DNA of 57,268 nt, filler included, from Dugesia japonica (GCA_001938525.1; 6 parts of 6 records of this genome joined end to end with filler, not necessarily neighbours in it), one strand, 5' to 3'. Shown: positions 1-12,244, counted from the first letter of the whole stretch. Notes: generated by a model from the sequence alone, not told the origin. A program made the numbers and translations.

Positions 1-185
1 CCCCTGAGGACTGTTTTTTCCCCAGTCAACCTTTTCCAACTCAGNNNNNNNNNNNNNNNNNNNNNNNNNNNNNNNNNNNNNNNNNNNNNNNNNNNNNNNN
101 NNNNNNNNNNNNNNNNNNNNNNNNNNNNNNNNNNNNNNNNNNNNNNNNNNNNNNNNNNNNNNNNNNNNNNNNNNNNNNNNNNNNN

Positions 186-689
186 GATATAATAATCTCT
201 GTAGCGAGAAATATTCTCCAAATTCCTGAATGGATCCAGATTAACAAAGATGTTCAAATTTCTGACTTGAAAGACATTATCATTGATGTGTCAAATATTA
301 ATAAAGACATTTCGATTTTCGATGAAGATGGTAATGAACTTGATGATAATGAAATTATCAAGAATTATGATTTATTCAATGATTCAGAAATTAAAATATG
401 TTTAAAGTTTTTTCATATTCGATCATTGATTATTGGTAAGTATATTTTTCAGAGTAGACCGTTACTTGAATCTTCAAGTGACAAATTTATTACCAATTCA
501 ATCTACATTCCCCTTAGAATGTAGAATTTCCGATACAATTTTAGAAGTAAAACAAAATATTAATCGTGTTTTTGGTTTTCAAATGGAAATGACCTTGTTT
601 TCAGAGATCACTATCTTGGAAGATGATAAACGATTGATAGATTATGCTGTGCAAAATAATGATTTATTATTCTACATAGAATCTAACAA
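186..689 (+). CDS. Exons encoding two tandem ubiquitin-like domains (partial gene)
   Basis: ISDLKDII...DGNELDDNEIIKNYDLFNDSEIKI and FPLECRISDTILEVKQNI...ILEDDKRLIDYAVQNNDLLF match the ubiquitin-fold pattern (LED..TL.DY.I). A 46-nt GT-AG intron at about 407-452 would join the two frames. Donor gtaaat at about 690. Confidence 0.6.
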
Positions 690-1424
690 GTAAATTCGAT
701 ATTATTTCTCAATAATCAATTGATAATTTTACTGATAATNNTACAAATTAACAAGAAAATTAGATAAATGCTATTAGAAAATTTATCAGTTTAAGGTTTT
801 TTATGAGAATTAAGAATGATAAAATTTATCAATTAATCTAATATGAAGCATGCAGAGAATTCACGGATAAGTTTTATTGATTATATCTATGAAGATCTTC
901 AACAGAATTCATCAAACAATGCAGTTGCAGCATCGACACAAATTTGTCATTTCACTGGCAATTCGTTTATGAGAATCAATAAATTGAATGAGAACAGTTA
1001 CAACAGATTCCTGAGAATTGATTACTTTTCATTTCAACAAGTTATCAAAATTCTGACAAATATATAGTATTCAGTTAGTGACTATTGGTGAACACAGAGG
1101 AGGAGGAGGAGGAGGATAATAATCAATAGTTCGTAAATACATCACATCAGTAGGGTGTTTTATTGAGTTTGCTTTGCAAAAATTGGTATTTCTCTGCAAT
1201 TTGCAAATTTTTTTAAATTACTTTATCTGATTGAGGAGTGTGGTAGATTTCTATCGAGATAAACTGACCTTGTTTTATGAATATGTAATGTATAACGCAT
1301 TATAATAATAGATAACCAAGCAATAAATTTTATTATAACTTAATTTTAATGAAATCTAAAAATGATTTAATATCACTTCAGTAATATCTAATTTCACAAT
1401 TTAAAAATTTACGAAAATAAAATA

Positions 1425-2205
1425 AAAATATTCATAATTATAAAGTAAAATATTTAATTCATAAATCAAAATATTCATATTCATAAATTATAAATTAAAA
1501 TATTCATAAATTATAAATTAAAATATTCACAAATTATAAAGTAAAATATTTATTTTTTTACAATTGCAATCATTGCGAGAATAATTGTATAAAATAACCA
1601 TTGACAAAATCATTATATTCATAAATCAAATTATTCATAAATTAAAATATTCATAAATTAAAATATTCATAAATTATAAATTAAAATATTCATAAATTAT
1701 AAAGTAAAATATTTATATTCATAAATCAAAATATTCATATTCATAAATTAAAATATTCATATTTAGAAATTAAAATTCATAAATTATAAATTAAAATATT
1801 TATATTCATAAATCAAAATATCTATATTCATAAATCAAAATATCTATATTCATAAATCAAAATATTCATAATTATAAATTAAAATATTCATAAATTATAA
1901 ATTAAAATATTTATAAATTAAAAAGTAAAATATTTATTTTTTTACAATTAAATAACCATTGACAAAACCATTAAATTCATAAATCAAATTATTCATATTC
2001 TTAAATTAAAACTTATAATATTCATAAATTATAAGTAAAATATTTATATTCATAAATCAAAATATTCATATTTAGAAATTAAAATTCATAAATTATAAAT
2101 TAAAATATTCATATTCATAAATCAAAATATTCATAAATTATAAAGTAAAAAATTTATATTCATAAATCAAAATATTCATTTTCATAAATCAAAATATTCA
2201 TAATT
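1425..2205. repeat. Degenerate AT-rich minisatellite (ATATTCATAAATT[ATAAATT]AAA-like units)
   Basis: Directly visible tandem units. Fragments of the family-A repeat terminus are interleaved at about 1559-1606 and 1942-1970. Confidence 0.9.
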
Positions 2206-2372
2206 CATTTAAAATAAAAGCTTCCATCAAAATTTTTTTTTGTGGTTTTTGATAACAATTGTTATTAAAAACCGCAAAAAAAATTTTGATCGAAGCTTTT
2301 ATTTTAAATGAATTCTGAAAAATGATCAATGATTATGTCCAACAATTATTCTCGCAGTAATTGCAATTGTAA
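2205..2372. repeat. Family-A PLE-terminal repeat, fold-back form without ribozyme core
   Basis: Palindrome at about 2205-2312 centred on gataacaattgttatt, followed by ...atcaatgattatgtccaacaattattctcgcagtaattgcaattgtaa, which is shared with 55195-55360. Confidence 0.8.
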
Positions 2373-3428
2373 AATAAAATATTCATATTCTTAATTTATA
2401 ATATTCATATTCAAGAGCTGCTATCAATAAAATTAACTGAATTCCCCCATGGGCAACAAAGTAATGTTATATTCCCTTATAAATTTGAAACTTCGTATGA
2501 AATGTTCATAAATGAAACAGAGTTATCAGCACAATGACCAGAAATAACAAATGAAGAATATAATAATTACAAAGTCAGAATGGATGAAATAAGGAAGCAA
2601 TAATTTGCTNNNATAATATGAATCTAGAAATATACTTATTTCAAACATTTCGCCTAGATTGGAGCCATTACGATTTGTTTCCTTGCCAGGATTAAGCAAG
2701 ATTTTCATTTCCTGTGCTATTATAACTGTTAAAGGGAACGATTATTGGTGTTTGAATATTCAAATTATAATCACTAAGTTTATCCATAAAATTAATTCAA
2801 ATACTAAATACAAACTAATAAAAACTATTATTCAAACAAATCTACCTTTTTTATTTTTCTCTTTTTAAATTTGTTTTAATGAAAAATTTAAACAATTTTT
2901 AAATTAATTCTCTGCTCGTAATATCAATGCAACGTCCNNNNNNNNNNNNNNNNNNNNNNNNNNNNNNNNNNNNNNNNNNNNNNNNNNNNNNNNNNNNTTT
3001 CAATGAGCAATAGAGTTTACTTCTTCAAATAATTGTAAATCCATTTTCAACGAGATTTGACGAATGTTCAATAATATAGGATTTTGGAGTATATTAATAT
3101 GAATTTTCTTTTAACTATGGATAGCCCTATTGTAATATCTTAGTTTTTTCGAGTTTTACTTATATTGTCTCACTTTAATATGATGAACATTGCGGTTTTT
3201 GTTTCTTTCATTTGTCTTTTTCTCTAATTCCATTAACTAATTACTAACGGAAATAGCTAAACAGAAAAATGATAATGTTGACAATAATCATTTTATTTTT
3301 CACTATTTTGCTAATATTCTGAATTATATTTGCGACTCTGAATTGATTATAATNAACCTATAATCATAGTGAAATACATTTTGTTAATAACTTTATAAAT
3401 ATTGTTTTTGGAATAGTTTTACATTCAG

Positions 3429-3857
3429 AGAAGATCAAATAAAAATTCTTGAGCTCATCAAAAATGGAAAATTTGCCAAAGTCTATAAAGGGAAAAATTT
3501 GATAACTGGCTCTAACATAGTTTTGAAAAAGTACAGTTTAAAATGGAAGAACATTCGCAATTTTACACCATTGAAAGATGAATTAATTACTTTGTCGAAA
3601 TTTCAAAATGACGATAAAGTTGAATTCGTCAACTTAGACTGCGTATTTCAGACCAAGACACATTTCTTCATTGGAATGGAATATATTGAAGGGGTACTCA
3701 ACGTTTTCATTACTTATTTCATCATCAGTGTTTTTCTAGGGATCTCTAGATGCACGTATCCCTCTAACAGAAAATAAGATTATCGATTATTCCAAACAAA
3801 TATTGGGAGCATTGGATTATTTACACAGATCAGACATAATTTATCGGAATATGAAAT
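3429..3857 (+). CDS. Divergent Ser/Thr protein kinase-like gene, two exons (3429-3693, 3740-3857), subdomains I-VIb
   Basis: Spliced product is EDQIKILELIKNGKFAKVYKG..IVLKK..DELITL..FFIGMEYIEG|GSL..YSKQILGALDYLHRSDIIYRNMK. The 46-nt GT-AG intron is in frame. A possible decayed downstream exon lies at about 7881-7950. Confidence 0.8.
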
Positions 3858-4017
3858 GTGAGAATTATCATTTTCCTATTTACGCCTGTATAATGATATG
3901 TAAATTATGGATTCTAACAACTTGTTATACTTGGCAAAAATGAAAAAGTTAAAATATGAATTTTTCAATTTTAAATGAAGATTTATTGCAAGATGTTTAA
4001 CAAAATCTTCAGTTATA

Positions 4018-5583
4018 CAGATGGTCAAATTTTTTGACACACCTAATATTTTTATAATCGATGCTTAATCAAAATACTTTTCTAATTGATTTTGTATGGA
4101 TATAAAATTCTTATTCAAAATATCTTAAAATTGTTTCATTAAATATACTTGTTGATATAATATAGTCATATTTAGGAAATTTTCAATTTATTTAGATGTC
4201 AAATTTTTTTGACACACTTATTTATTTATAGGAAAAACCTAACGATCATGCAGATTACCATGCTTTTCTTAGTAAATAAACGACGTCTAATTGACTTGTA
4301 TAAATCAATAACTTTGTATTGCTTGTTGACATTAAAACGATTTATGACGGTAGTGATTTTTTCAACTAAACCATCCTTACAATTGAACTGGTTTCCATCG
4401 TAGACGAGATCTGACATTGTTTAACAGCAGTTATCAACAATATTCATATTTGGGCTTTTTGCCGGAAATTCCAATACTGATATACCTGATTTCTTCATGA
4501 ATTCCTGATCTTTCTTACTTTTGAGCACCGAAGAATTATCCTCCTGGAACCACCAAAATACTTATTCAAAAATATCTAAACTTGTTTAATTAAATATAGT
4601 TGTTTATATAATATAGTCATATTTAGTAAATTTTCAATTTATTTAAAAGTCAAATTTTTTGACACAGAAAGTTTAAAATTTATTAAGTAATTTTTGAAGT
4701 TGAAGTACAATTTAATTGAAAAGTATATTAGGTTCTACATCAATAATGCACAATATATTTGAAAGAAAACTGGCCATTCAATGGAGAACAGAAGAACTTA
4801 GTTATTTGGTCATTGGGACAAGGTTGAATTCATTTGACTGCCGTCCAAAAGCAATTACGTATGCAAGGTACAAGATTATTGATTTCGTTAAATCATAATT
4901 GGTATCTCGCAAAGAAGTGGTTTTCTTTGGAAGGTCTAGATGATTGGAGATCCTACGTACACAAATCATCGTAAAGAGGCAGTGCAAAGGTGGAAGCGTC
5001 ATGGTATGGATGATGACCATGCCAAACGGTCTGCTGTCTTTCAAGGTCCTTAAACAAAACATGAATTCTGATGGATACATTAAGTTTTTGTCAGAAAGTG
5101 CTGTGCCCATAATAAAATTAAATTATGGAGAAAATTGGTGGTTCCAGGAGAATAATTCTTCGGTGCACAAAGTAAGAAAGTGCAGGAATTCATGAAGAAA
5201 TCAGGTATATCAGTATTCGAATTGCCGGCAAAAAGCCCATATCTGAATATTGTTGAGAATTGCTGTTAAGCAATATCAGATCTTGTCTACGATGGAAACC
5301 AGTTCAATTGTAAGGATGGTTTAGTTGAAAAAATCACTAAAAATGTACTATTAAAAGCATGGTGATTTGTATAATCGTTAGGTTTTTCCTATTAGTGTTT
5401 CAAAAAAAATTTGACATTTAAATAAATTGAAAATTTCCTAAATATGACTATATTATATCAACAAGTATATTTAATAAACAATTTTAAGATATTTTGAATA
5501 AGAATTTTATATCCATACAAAATCAATTAGAAAAGTATATCGATTATAAAAATATTAGGTGTGTCAAAAAATTTGACCATCAG
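4018..5583 (+). mobile_element. Rearranged Tc1-like DNA transposon with long inverted arms
   Basis: TA|CAGATGGTCAAAT... and ...ATTTGACCATCAG ends. Transposase remnant GGSVMVW...WWFQENN..H followed by SPYLNIVENC. The left arm 4018-4555 is an inverted copy of about 5132-5583. Confidence 0.9.
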
Positions 5584-5746
5584 TTTAAAACTATCTATTA
5601 AAACGATTTAGTTTTTTCCATAGCTTCTCTACTGTTGGCTTCCAAATTGAAAATTAAAAACGCAAATCATCGTATAAATAGTAATAATAGTAATTATAAT
5701 AGTTTTATAATAGTAATAATTTATAATAGTAATTATAATATAATTA

Positions 5747-5875
5747 CAATTATTGTGAGAATAATTGTTGGACTTAACCATTGATCGTATTTGAGATTTC
5801 ATTAAAATAAGATAAGGCTTCGATCAAAAAATAAATTTTGTTTTGTTTTGATCGAAGCCTTATCTTATTTTAAAG
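5747..5875 (-). repeat. Family-A PLE-terminal repeat with fold-back, embedded in (TAATAG)n-like repeats
   Basis: caattattgtgagaataattgttggacttaaccattgatcg... followed by the inverted repeat aaaataagataaggcttcgatcaaaa / ttttgatcgaagccttatcttatttt. Confidence 0.75.
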
Positions 5876-6161
5876 TAATTATAATAGTTTTATAATAGTA
5901 ATAATTCCGCGATAATGAATATAAATTAATAGAGTTCCGTTGTGCTAAAAAGTTTGAGAAATACTGACTTAAACGTTAACGCTTACACTATAGTTAGAAG
6001 AAATAGTTAGAAGTTAAACTTACACTAAAACAAAAGAATAATTCACTATTTAAAGAATTTTACATTCGATTAATAACCATAAACAATCGATTTTAAAAAT
6101 GTTAAAAACGATGGCAAATGTTTGATAAAAAATAAATAATGTAATTTAAAATAAAGCTTTA

Positions 6162-6207
6162 TTGTTATATCTTTCGACGGATCAACATTCGGCGTCATCA
6201 GAGAAAA
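6162..6207 (-). ncRNA. Degenerate minimal hammerhead ribozyme, family B
   Basis: Minus strand reads ttct-CTGATGA-c-gccgaatgttgatccgtc-GAA-agatat-a-acaat. Shares the flank aaacgatggcaaatgtttgataaaaaataaataa with the 28727-28825 copy. Confidence 0.55.
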
Positions 6208-6354
6208 ATGAGTTTACAAAGTCCGTATTATTTAAACAAAAATTCAAGTAATTATACTGAATATAAGACGGCTATAATCCTAATTATTAATTTTTTTTCC
6301 TCCTTTACAAACTATTTTTATTAATGTAAAATTTCTTTATAATAATATATTTTT

Positions 6355-6530
6355 TACAATTGCAATTATTGCGAGAATAATTGTTGGACGTAACTATTGA
6401 TCGTTTTTCAGATTGATCGTTCATTTAAAATAAAAGTTTCGATCAAAATTTGTTTTTTTAGTTTTTTGAGATTAATTCGATATTTCGACTTTGTCTTCGT
6501 CAGTAATTGACTTTTTTAATTTATTCAAGA
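6355..6530 (-). repeat. Family-A PLE terminal repeat (pLTR) downstream of a PLE ORF remnant
   Basis: Full unit (ribozyme, then gatcgaaactttt, ...attattctcgcaataattgcaattgtaa) located 3' of the 6638-7015 ORF remnant on the same strand. Confidence 0.75.
6473..6509 (-). ncRNA. Minimal type-I hammerhead ribozyme, family A
   Basis: Minus strand reads caatta-CTGACGA-a-gac-aaa-gtc-GAA-atat-C-gaatta. Core intact, with one mismatch at the base of helix I. Confidence 0.7.
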
Positions 6531-6637
6531 TTTATGTTTATAATAGTAATAATTTTTGAATTAATTTTTTTTTATTAAACTTTAACTGGTTAATTTTCAT
6601 TCTTATTGAAATTTAATTTAATTATTCTAAATAACAT

Positions 6638-7015
6638 TTATTTTAGGATTGTCTTCTTTAATTTATATTTCTTCATGTTTTTTTCTATGAATTCTGTAGA
6701 AATGTAGCCAGTTCCCAGTGTTTTCCATGTTATGTGATGTTGTTGTTCTGGTGAAATTTTATATTTGTGTTGAAAGTGTTTTAAGACTTCAAACTTTTTT
6801 TCTGAAGAAACTAAACAACCAATGTTGTTTGATCTCTCAGTGCAGTTAAATGTATTCTGAGCGCAAAAATAATTCTTGTGATTTATGGTGAACACTATTT
6901 CTTCTAATTGATTACATTTGCTCCTTGTGAATCAAAATATTTTTAGTCTTGACATAGTTAAGTTTAGAATATTCCTATGTTTGATTGTAATGGCATTAAA
7001 TCTTAAATTATGCTC
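6638..7015 (-). pseudogene. Decayed 3' end of a Penelope-like element ORF (Zn-finger/GIY-YIG region)
   Basis: KCNQLEE.VFTINHKNY...FNC..., VLKHF and W..L.T motifs loosely resemble PLE C-termini. Followed by a hammerhead-bearing terminal repeat. Confidence 0.45.
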
Positions 7016-8872
7016 TGGTCCTCTCAGCAGGAAGTACGGGGGCTAGGTAATCGGTTTTGAATCGGATAGTCCTGTAATTCAACTGCCTGTCAGGTTTGAA
7101 AAAAAATAGAAGTACCGGACGTACATTTTCCCGGTATTCCTTNCGACGGTTCAAAAATTTTTAAATTAAATTTTTTTTACCTCAGTAGGCTATGGAAAAT
7201 TCTATTTTAAAAAAAAATAGTTTAATATGTAAAGTATTAAAGTATTAAATATTAAACATCTTCTCTTGAAAAGTAGAACTATTTCTTTCAAAAATAGCCT
7301 GCATTAAATTTATTAAAAATAGTTCACTTTGTCTTTTTCAAATATATAAAATATAAAAATTATATCAAAACCCAAATAATAATTAAACATTTAAAAGATT
7401 TTTGGATTTAATTNNNNNNNNNNNNNNNNNNNNNNNNNNNNNNNNNNNNNNNNNNNNNNNNNNNNNNNNNNNNNNNNNNNNNNNNNNNNNNNNNNNNNNN
7501 NNNNNNNNNNNNNNNNNNNNNNNNNNNNNNNNNNNNNNNNNNNNNNNNNNNNNNNNNNNNNNNNNNNNNNNNNNNNNNNNNNNNNNNNNNNNNNNNNNNN
7601 NNNNNNNNNNNNNNNNNNATTTTAATAACGCTTTAAATATCTTACAAAAATAGTTTTCTAATTATCTTGACTAAAGAGAAATTTTAATACATCGAAATCC
7701 ATGTTGTTTTTATTATCTAAAAACAAATTAATATATAAATAAATAAAGTTCCGTTAATAATCAAACTTTAAGTATCATGAAATGAGTGGAATTGTAAATC
7801 AAGTCATGGGATATACATTTACCCAGAATAAATATTCAGCAACAAACATATGAAAGCTGTTTTTTATAATTATTTTCTAGCGTCATCTTCAAACATTTTT
7901 TAATCTATGAAAAAGGTTTATATTAAAATTTTGATTATATAATCAATTGTGTAATCTCTTGAATAAATCGAATTAATTGAAAAATATGCAAAAATACTTA
8001 GATTTGCATGTTTAAACATTAATTTTGGAATCAATAAATCTAATAACATAACCCTCTCCCAATAAACTTCAAAGTTTCTGCACAAAATTTTAGAATATTT
8101 ACAATTAATTTTGTTATAATATTATAATTGTAATATCAATATTGCTTTGACCTCGAACCCAGCTATGTTTATGAATTTTGATACACTGATGTTGTAAGTC
8201 TTAAATATACTAAATATACATTTATACTATCATAATTTAATTATTATTGAGTTTATTTTTTCATAGATTAAAATTTGTGCTTGTGGAAANNNNNNNNNNN
8301 NNNNNNNNNNNNNNNNNNNNNNNNNNNNNNNNNNNNNNNNNNNNNNNNNNNNNNNNNNNNNNNNNNNNNNNNNNNNNNNNNNNNNNNNNNNNNNNNNNNN
8401 NNNNNNNNNNNNNNNNNNNNNNNNNNNNNNNNNNNNNNNNNNNAAATTTTAATCAATAAAAATTGGCAATGAAATTTAAAAGTTCGCTCAATTGAATTGC
8501 TTTCATTATTCATCATTAAATTTAAAGTCGAAAACGAATTTATGAAAGTTAATTAATTAAATTAAACATCGGAAATAGTTGAACTTTCTAATTTTCAGTG
8601 GAATAACTTGACTTTGAATTTATTATATTTCGTTGATTTCTCATAATTTTATAATTACAATTTATAATTAATAATAAAATAAATAATTGGTGATTGTAAA
8701 ACAAAGTATAAAAATAGTTACATACCTGGCAGGCCCTAAACAAAGGCTCAATAAAACATATCAGTAATTAGTAGTTAAATTACGTTAATAGTGTAAAGTT
8801 GTATTTTAATGTATATAGTGAATATAATTTATGAAACTGTAAAATCTATGAACGAATATTGATTATCCCGAG

Positions 8873-8972
8873 NNNNNNNNNNNNNNNNNNNNNNNNNNNN
8901 NNNNNNNNNNNNNNNNTTAATTAATTAANNNNNNNNNNNNNNNNNNNNNNNNNNNNNNNNNNNNNNNNNNNN
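8873..8972. other. Artificial scaffold linker N44-TTAATTAATTAA-N44
   Basis: Exactly 100 nt with a six-frame-stop 12-mer, repeated identically five times in the window. Confidence 0.95.
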
Positions 8973-9101
8973 CTGTAGATAGAGTTACTTTAATTTTACC
9001 TAAAATTATTTATATTTATAAAATTATTATTTTAAGTGATTATTGAATTGCTAAAAAATCATATTCTGAATTATTAAAACCCAAATTATTACTAAAATAA
9101 A

Positions 9102-9737
9102 ATGGATGAACTAGTTGAAGGTGATAATCCCAACGGACCCCATTTAAATTTAAATGAGAGCGAGTTAATGCTAAATGTAAATGAAAATAAAAATTTATAT
9201 CCTAATATAAATAAACATATTTATAAAGATCATAAATATACTATTCAAGATCTTAAGACTAAATTATCAAATTTAAGAATTGTTAATATTGAATCAGATC
9301 TTTATTTCATTGATGATAAAATTAATCATTATAAAAATTTTTATAAAAGATGGTCAAGGTTAGATACTTCAATAAGATTTACAGAAATATTTATAGGAAC
9401 AGCTGTTGGAATAACTGGAACAGTTTTAATTTCTTTAGGAACTTTTGGTGTTGGTGAATATTTTCCAATCATTTTAACTATACCAGTTTCCTGTATTCCT
9501 ATAATTGGAACTTTATATGCATCATTAATAATATCTAAAAAGAAGAAGTATAAAACCTTAATTCATGAATTAGAAACTGTTAAAAACAAATTATTTTTAT
9601 TTCACCAAAAAGCTTTTTCAGATGACATTTTAACTGATGAAGAAATATCTATTAGTACGAATTTGGTTAAGCAAATTAAAGATTTTATTTCTCGTGAAAA
9701 ACATTTTAAAAAGTTAAATATGAAAGTGAAATTTTAA
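9102..9737 (+). CDS. Intact 211-aa two-TM protein of the type found in Polinton/Maverick elements
   Basis: Pattern LYPNI...LRI..I...KI.HY..., two hydrophobic helices, KKKKY..L..L...KN.L..KA.SD..LTDEE resembles a recurrent Maverick accessory membrane protein family. Intronless with no stops. Recognition is from memory, not from a search. Confidence 0.6.
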   Translation: MDELVEGDNPNGPHLNLNESELMLNVNENKNLYPNINKHIYKDHKYTIQDLKTKLSNLRIVNIESDLYFIDDKINHYKNFYKRWSRLDTSIRFTEIFIGTAVGITGTVLISLGTFGVGEYFPIILTIPVSCIPIIGTLYASLIISKKKKYKTLIHELETVKNKLFLFHQKAFSDDILTDEEISISTNLVKQIKDFISREKHFKKLNMKVKF

Positions 9738-11809
9738 AGAAACTTGAAAACCAAATTGAAAGTCAACAAAAAGTAATTAATAAATTGAAGAATTGAATTT
9801 TCTATAAAATTATAACTTTTTAAAATTTTTGTTCAGTTGTAGTTAATTTGTATTCTCATTTTCATTTTTATTAGTAGCCATTTTCTTTACCAATAAAACA
9901 ATCAAGAAATTTCAACAAATCAGATTAGAGTATATCGGGTCAATTTGACCTTGGCTGGGGAAAGGGTGGCCCAGTTCGCCACTATCTACCTACTATCGTC
10001 ACCTTTCTTGAAAATTCCAAGAAATATTGCTTCGTTAAGCAGATCCATTGATACGCTGGTCGCCATGTTAGTTTTATTTGTTTTCTTCTTCATTTAAATC
10101 AACTAAAGTAAAACTTTTGATTCAATACTTTAGTTAAAATACAAATAATTCTTCTTTGAAATTCTTCTTGCTTTTTTGAACGCTTTTTTCAAAACTTGCC
10201 TTTACCAATTTATATTTTTAAATAATAATAAATTTAAACAAATTTATTATATTTATTTTGCAAATATAAAACTTCCGAATTTAAAATAATTTNAAAAATA
10301 AAGCGATAAAATCTAATTATTAAACTTTTCACTAAATATTTACATTTAAAAACTTTTGTTAATAAATATTTTACATAAAGCTTTGCAATTAAATTTCAAA
10401 TTTACATTAAAAAAATTTAAACTAATAAACATTTATTTAATAAAACCTTTTTGAATTAAATTTTAAACATATTTACTAATTTTTAAAATTACCTAACATG
10501 AATAAAGTAAATTAAGATTTTAATGATTTGGATGAATTGTTTGCAGCCGGTATTTCTTGATTAGCTTTTTATAATGAGATATTCAATTCATCTTGCATTG
10601 ATAGATTTTCTTCATAAATTACTACGATGTCGTTTTCTAATAATTTCACCGAATATTCAGAAGAATTGCTCCATTAAATTTTGAACCAATCGCAGAACAG
10701 ACTTTGGTGGAATGAGCTGAGAATTACGTAGACAACTCAATACCACTTTAATAATAACATGATCTGTGTATATCAGTCAAGTAATTATCATAACTCAGTA
10801 CAAGAAACCATTAAGTATTCAAAATATATAATTGATTAAAAGCTTTCCTATCGAAAAGATTATTTTAATTTTAATATTTCAATATCAATACTGTTGGGCT
10901 AGTTAACTATGAAAATTACTGCGTAATTGCCTCGAAAATTCAGAAAATTTATTGAGCAAAAATTAAAGTAAAATTGATTCGAAAATTCTGAATATTTTTT
11001 GAGAGAAAGTAATTTGAAATTTCCTCAGAAAAGCCAGCATAGTAATGAATGAAAATGACCACACATTTGTCTCGAAAATTCAGAACATGTATTGAGTGAA
11101 AATTAAGGCGAAAAAGCCTCATAAGAATCAGTTATTTACTGACAAGAATTCATGAGAAATTTCCTCGGAAGATCAGAGAAATTATTGACGAAAATAAGAA
11201 GGAGTATTACAGCGAAACTGAGGCGTGGCGATGAGCTAAAAGTGTGTTCTTTACGTAATTCTAATGGTAAAGCTATGGATGGGTCGATGAAAACTGATTT
11301 TCTGGGGGCTCGATGAACATGAAGCATTGTTTGCTCTTGCCAATTTTTCTAGTTGTTTGTGCACCTCTTGTAATCTGGTTTCAAATTTGCATTTGTGAAT
11401 CAGAAAATATTATGTTCTATGTTTAATAATTTTTCTTTTATTTATCTAAAACAATATTCTTATCATAAAGTAAAATTAGATAAGTCATCATAGAAATAAG
11501 AATCACACATACGAAATAAATCTTCGTGTAATGTTTAATGAACGTTGTATGTCCACTTTATATATTTTTTGTTTTTGCTCGTTTCTGATTTAAATAGTTA
11601 GGGATTCTTGCTAAAGCTTTGCACTAGCAAGGACTAGAAAATATGGCTACTTTAATGAACATCTTCTCTGGTTTATGCTCCAGAAGCGAACACGAAGCCA
11701 TATTAGGTCACAGGCCGAAGAATCGCGTAATGAAATTTTAATTTTCTTATCAAATGATATGTTAATTGATGTTTTACGGAAAATATATAATTTTATCTAA
11801 CTTAGGAAT

Positions 11810-12244
11810 ATGACCGAGTATTATCAACCACATATTCCACTAGTCCTTATCAACGATGGTGATGAAGGAACCTTCTGGGTTCCATGGAGAAATACTGTCG
11901 AATTATTAAATAAACAGCGGGTGAAACACGAGAAAGAGAAAATCGATTTGCTCCACAAAGGTGGAAGGCTCGGGGAAAAATTCGGAAGTACGAAACAACA
12001 GTTGATCGATACCCAGGCTACTCTTCAACTATGCCAACAGGAAAATTAGCGACTCCGTCAAGGAATGAATTTAGTTAAAGAAAGTGCGGCCAAATTAATT
12101 CTGCCACAAATGGAGAATAGAGAGGCTTTGGATCAGCTCGAGAATCATGTTCTGTTGTTGGCACCCGAGGTTGTCGCAGGGCAGGAGAATCAGCAACTCC
12201 CCATTATAGTGAAGGTGGAGTCCCTAGCAGTATATGACGAATAA
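11810..12244 (+). pseudogene. Unknown coiled-coil-like ORF with one in-frame TAG (12047-12049)
   Basis: The frame continues RLRQGMNLVKESAAKLILPQMENREALDQLENHVLLLAPEVVAGQENQQLPIIVKVESLAVYDE*. Visibly GC-richer than the flanks. Confidence 0.4.

Noticed and set aside
1-44. ctgag-gactg...cagtc-aac resembles a hammerhead helix II
   Set aside because: The core is incomplete (no CUGANGA+GAAA register) and the sequence is cut by the window start and a gap.
41-247. ORFs made of X runs (also 7402, 8247-8516, 23514-23880, 38558-38908, 49731-50031)
   Set aside because: Artefacts of translating N gaps.
436-452. 17-nt GTAAGT..TTTTCAG micro-intron
   Set aside because: Far shorter than the other introns here, and it does not join the two UBL frames in phase.
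1425-2205. CRISPR-like array
   Set aside because: No constant repeat with unique spacers, eukaryotic context and no cas genes.
11643-11806. Splicing of the MATLMNIF.. mini-ORF to the 11810 ORF
   Set aside because: The obvious donor (11727) and acceptor (11805) give an out-of-frame product.
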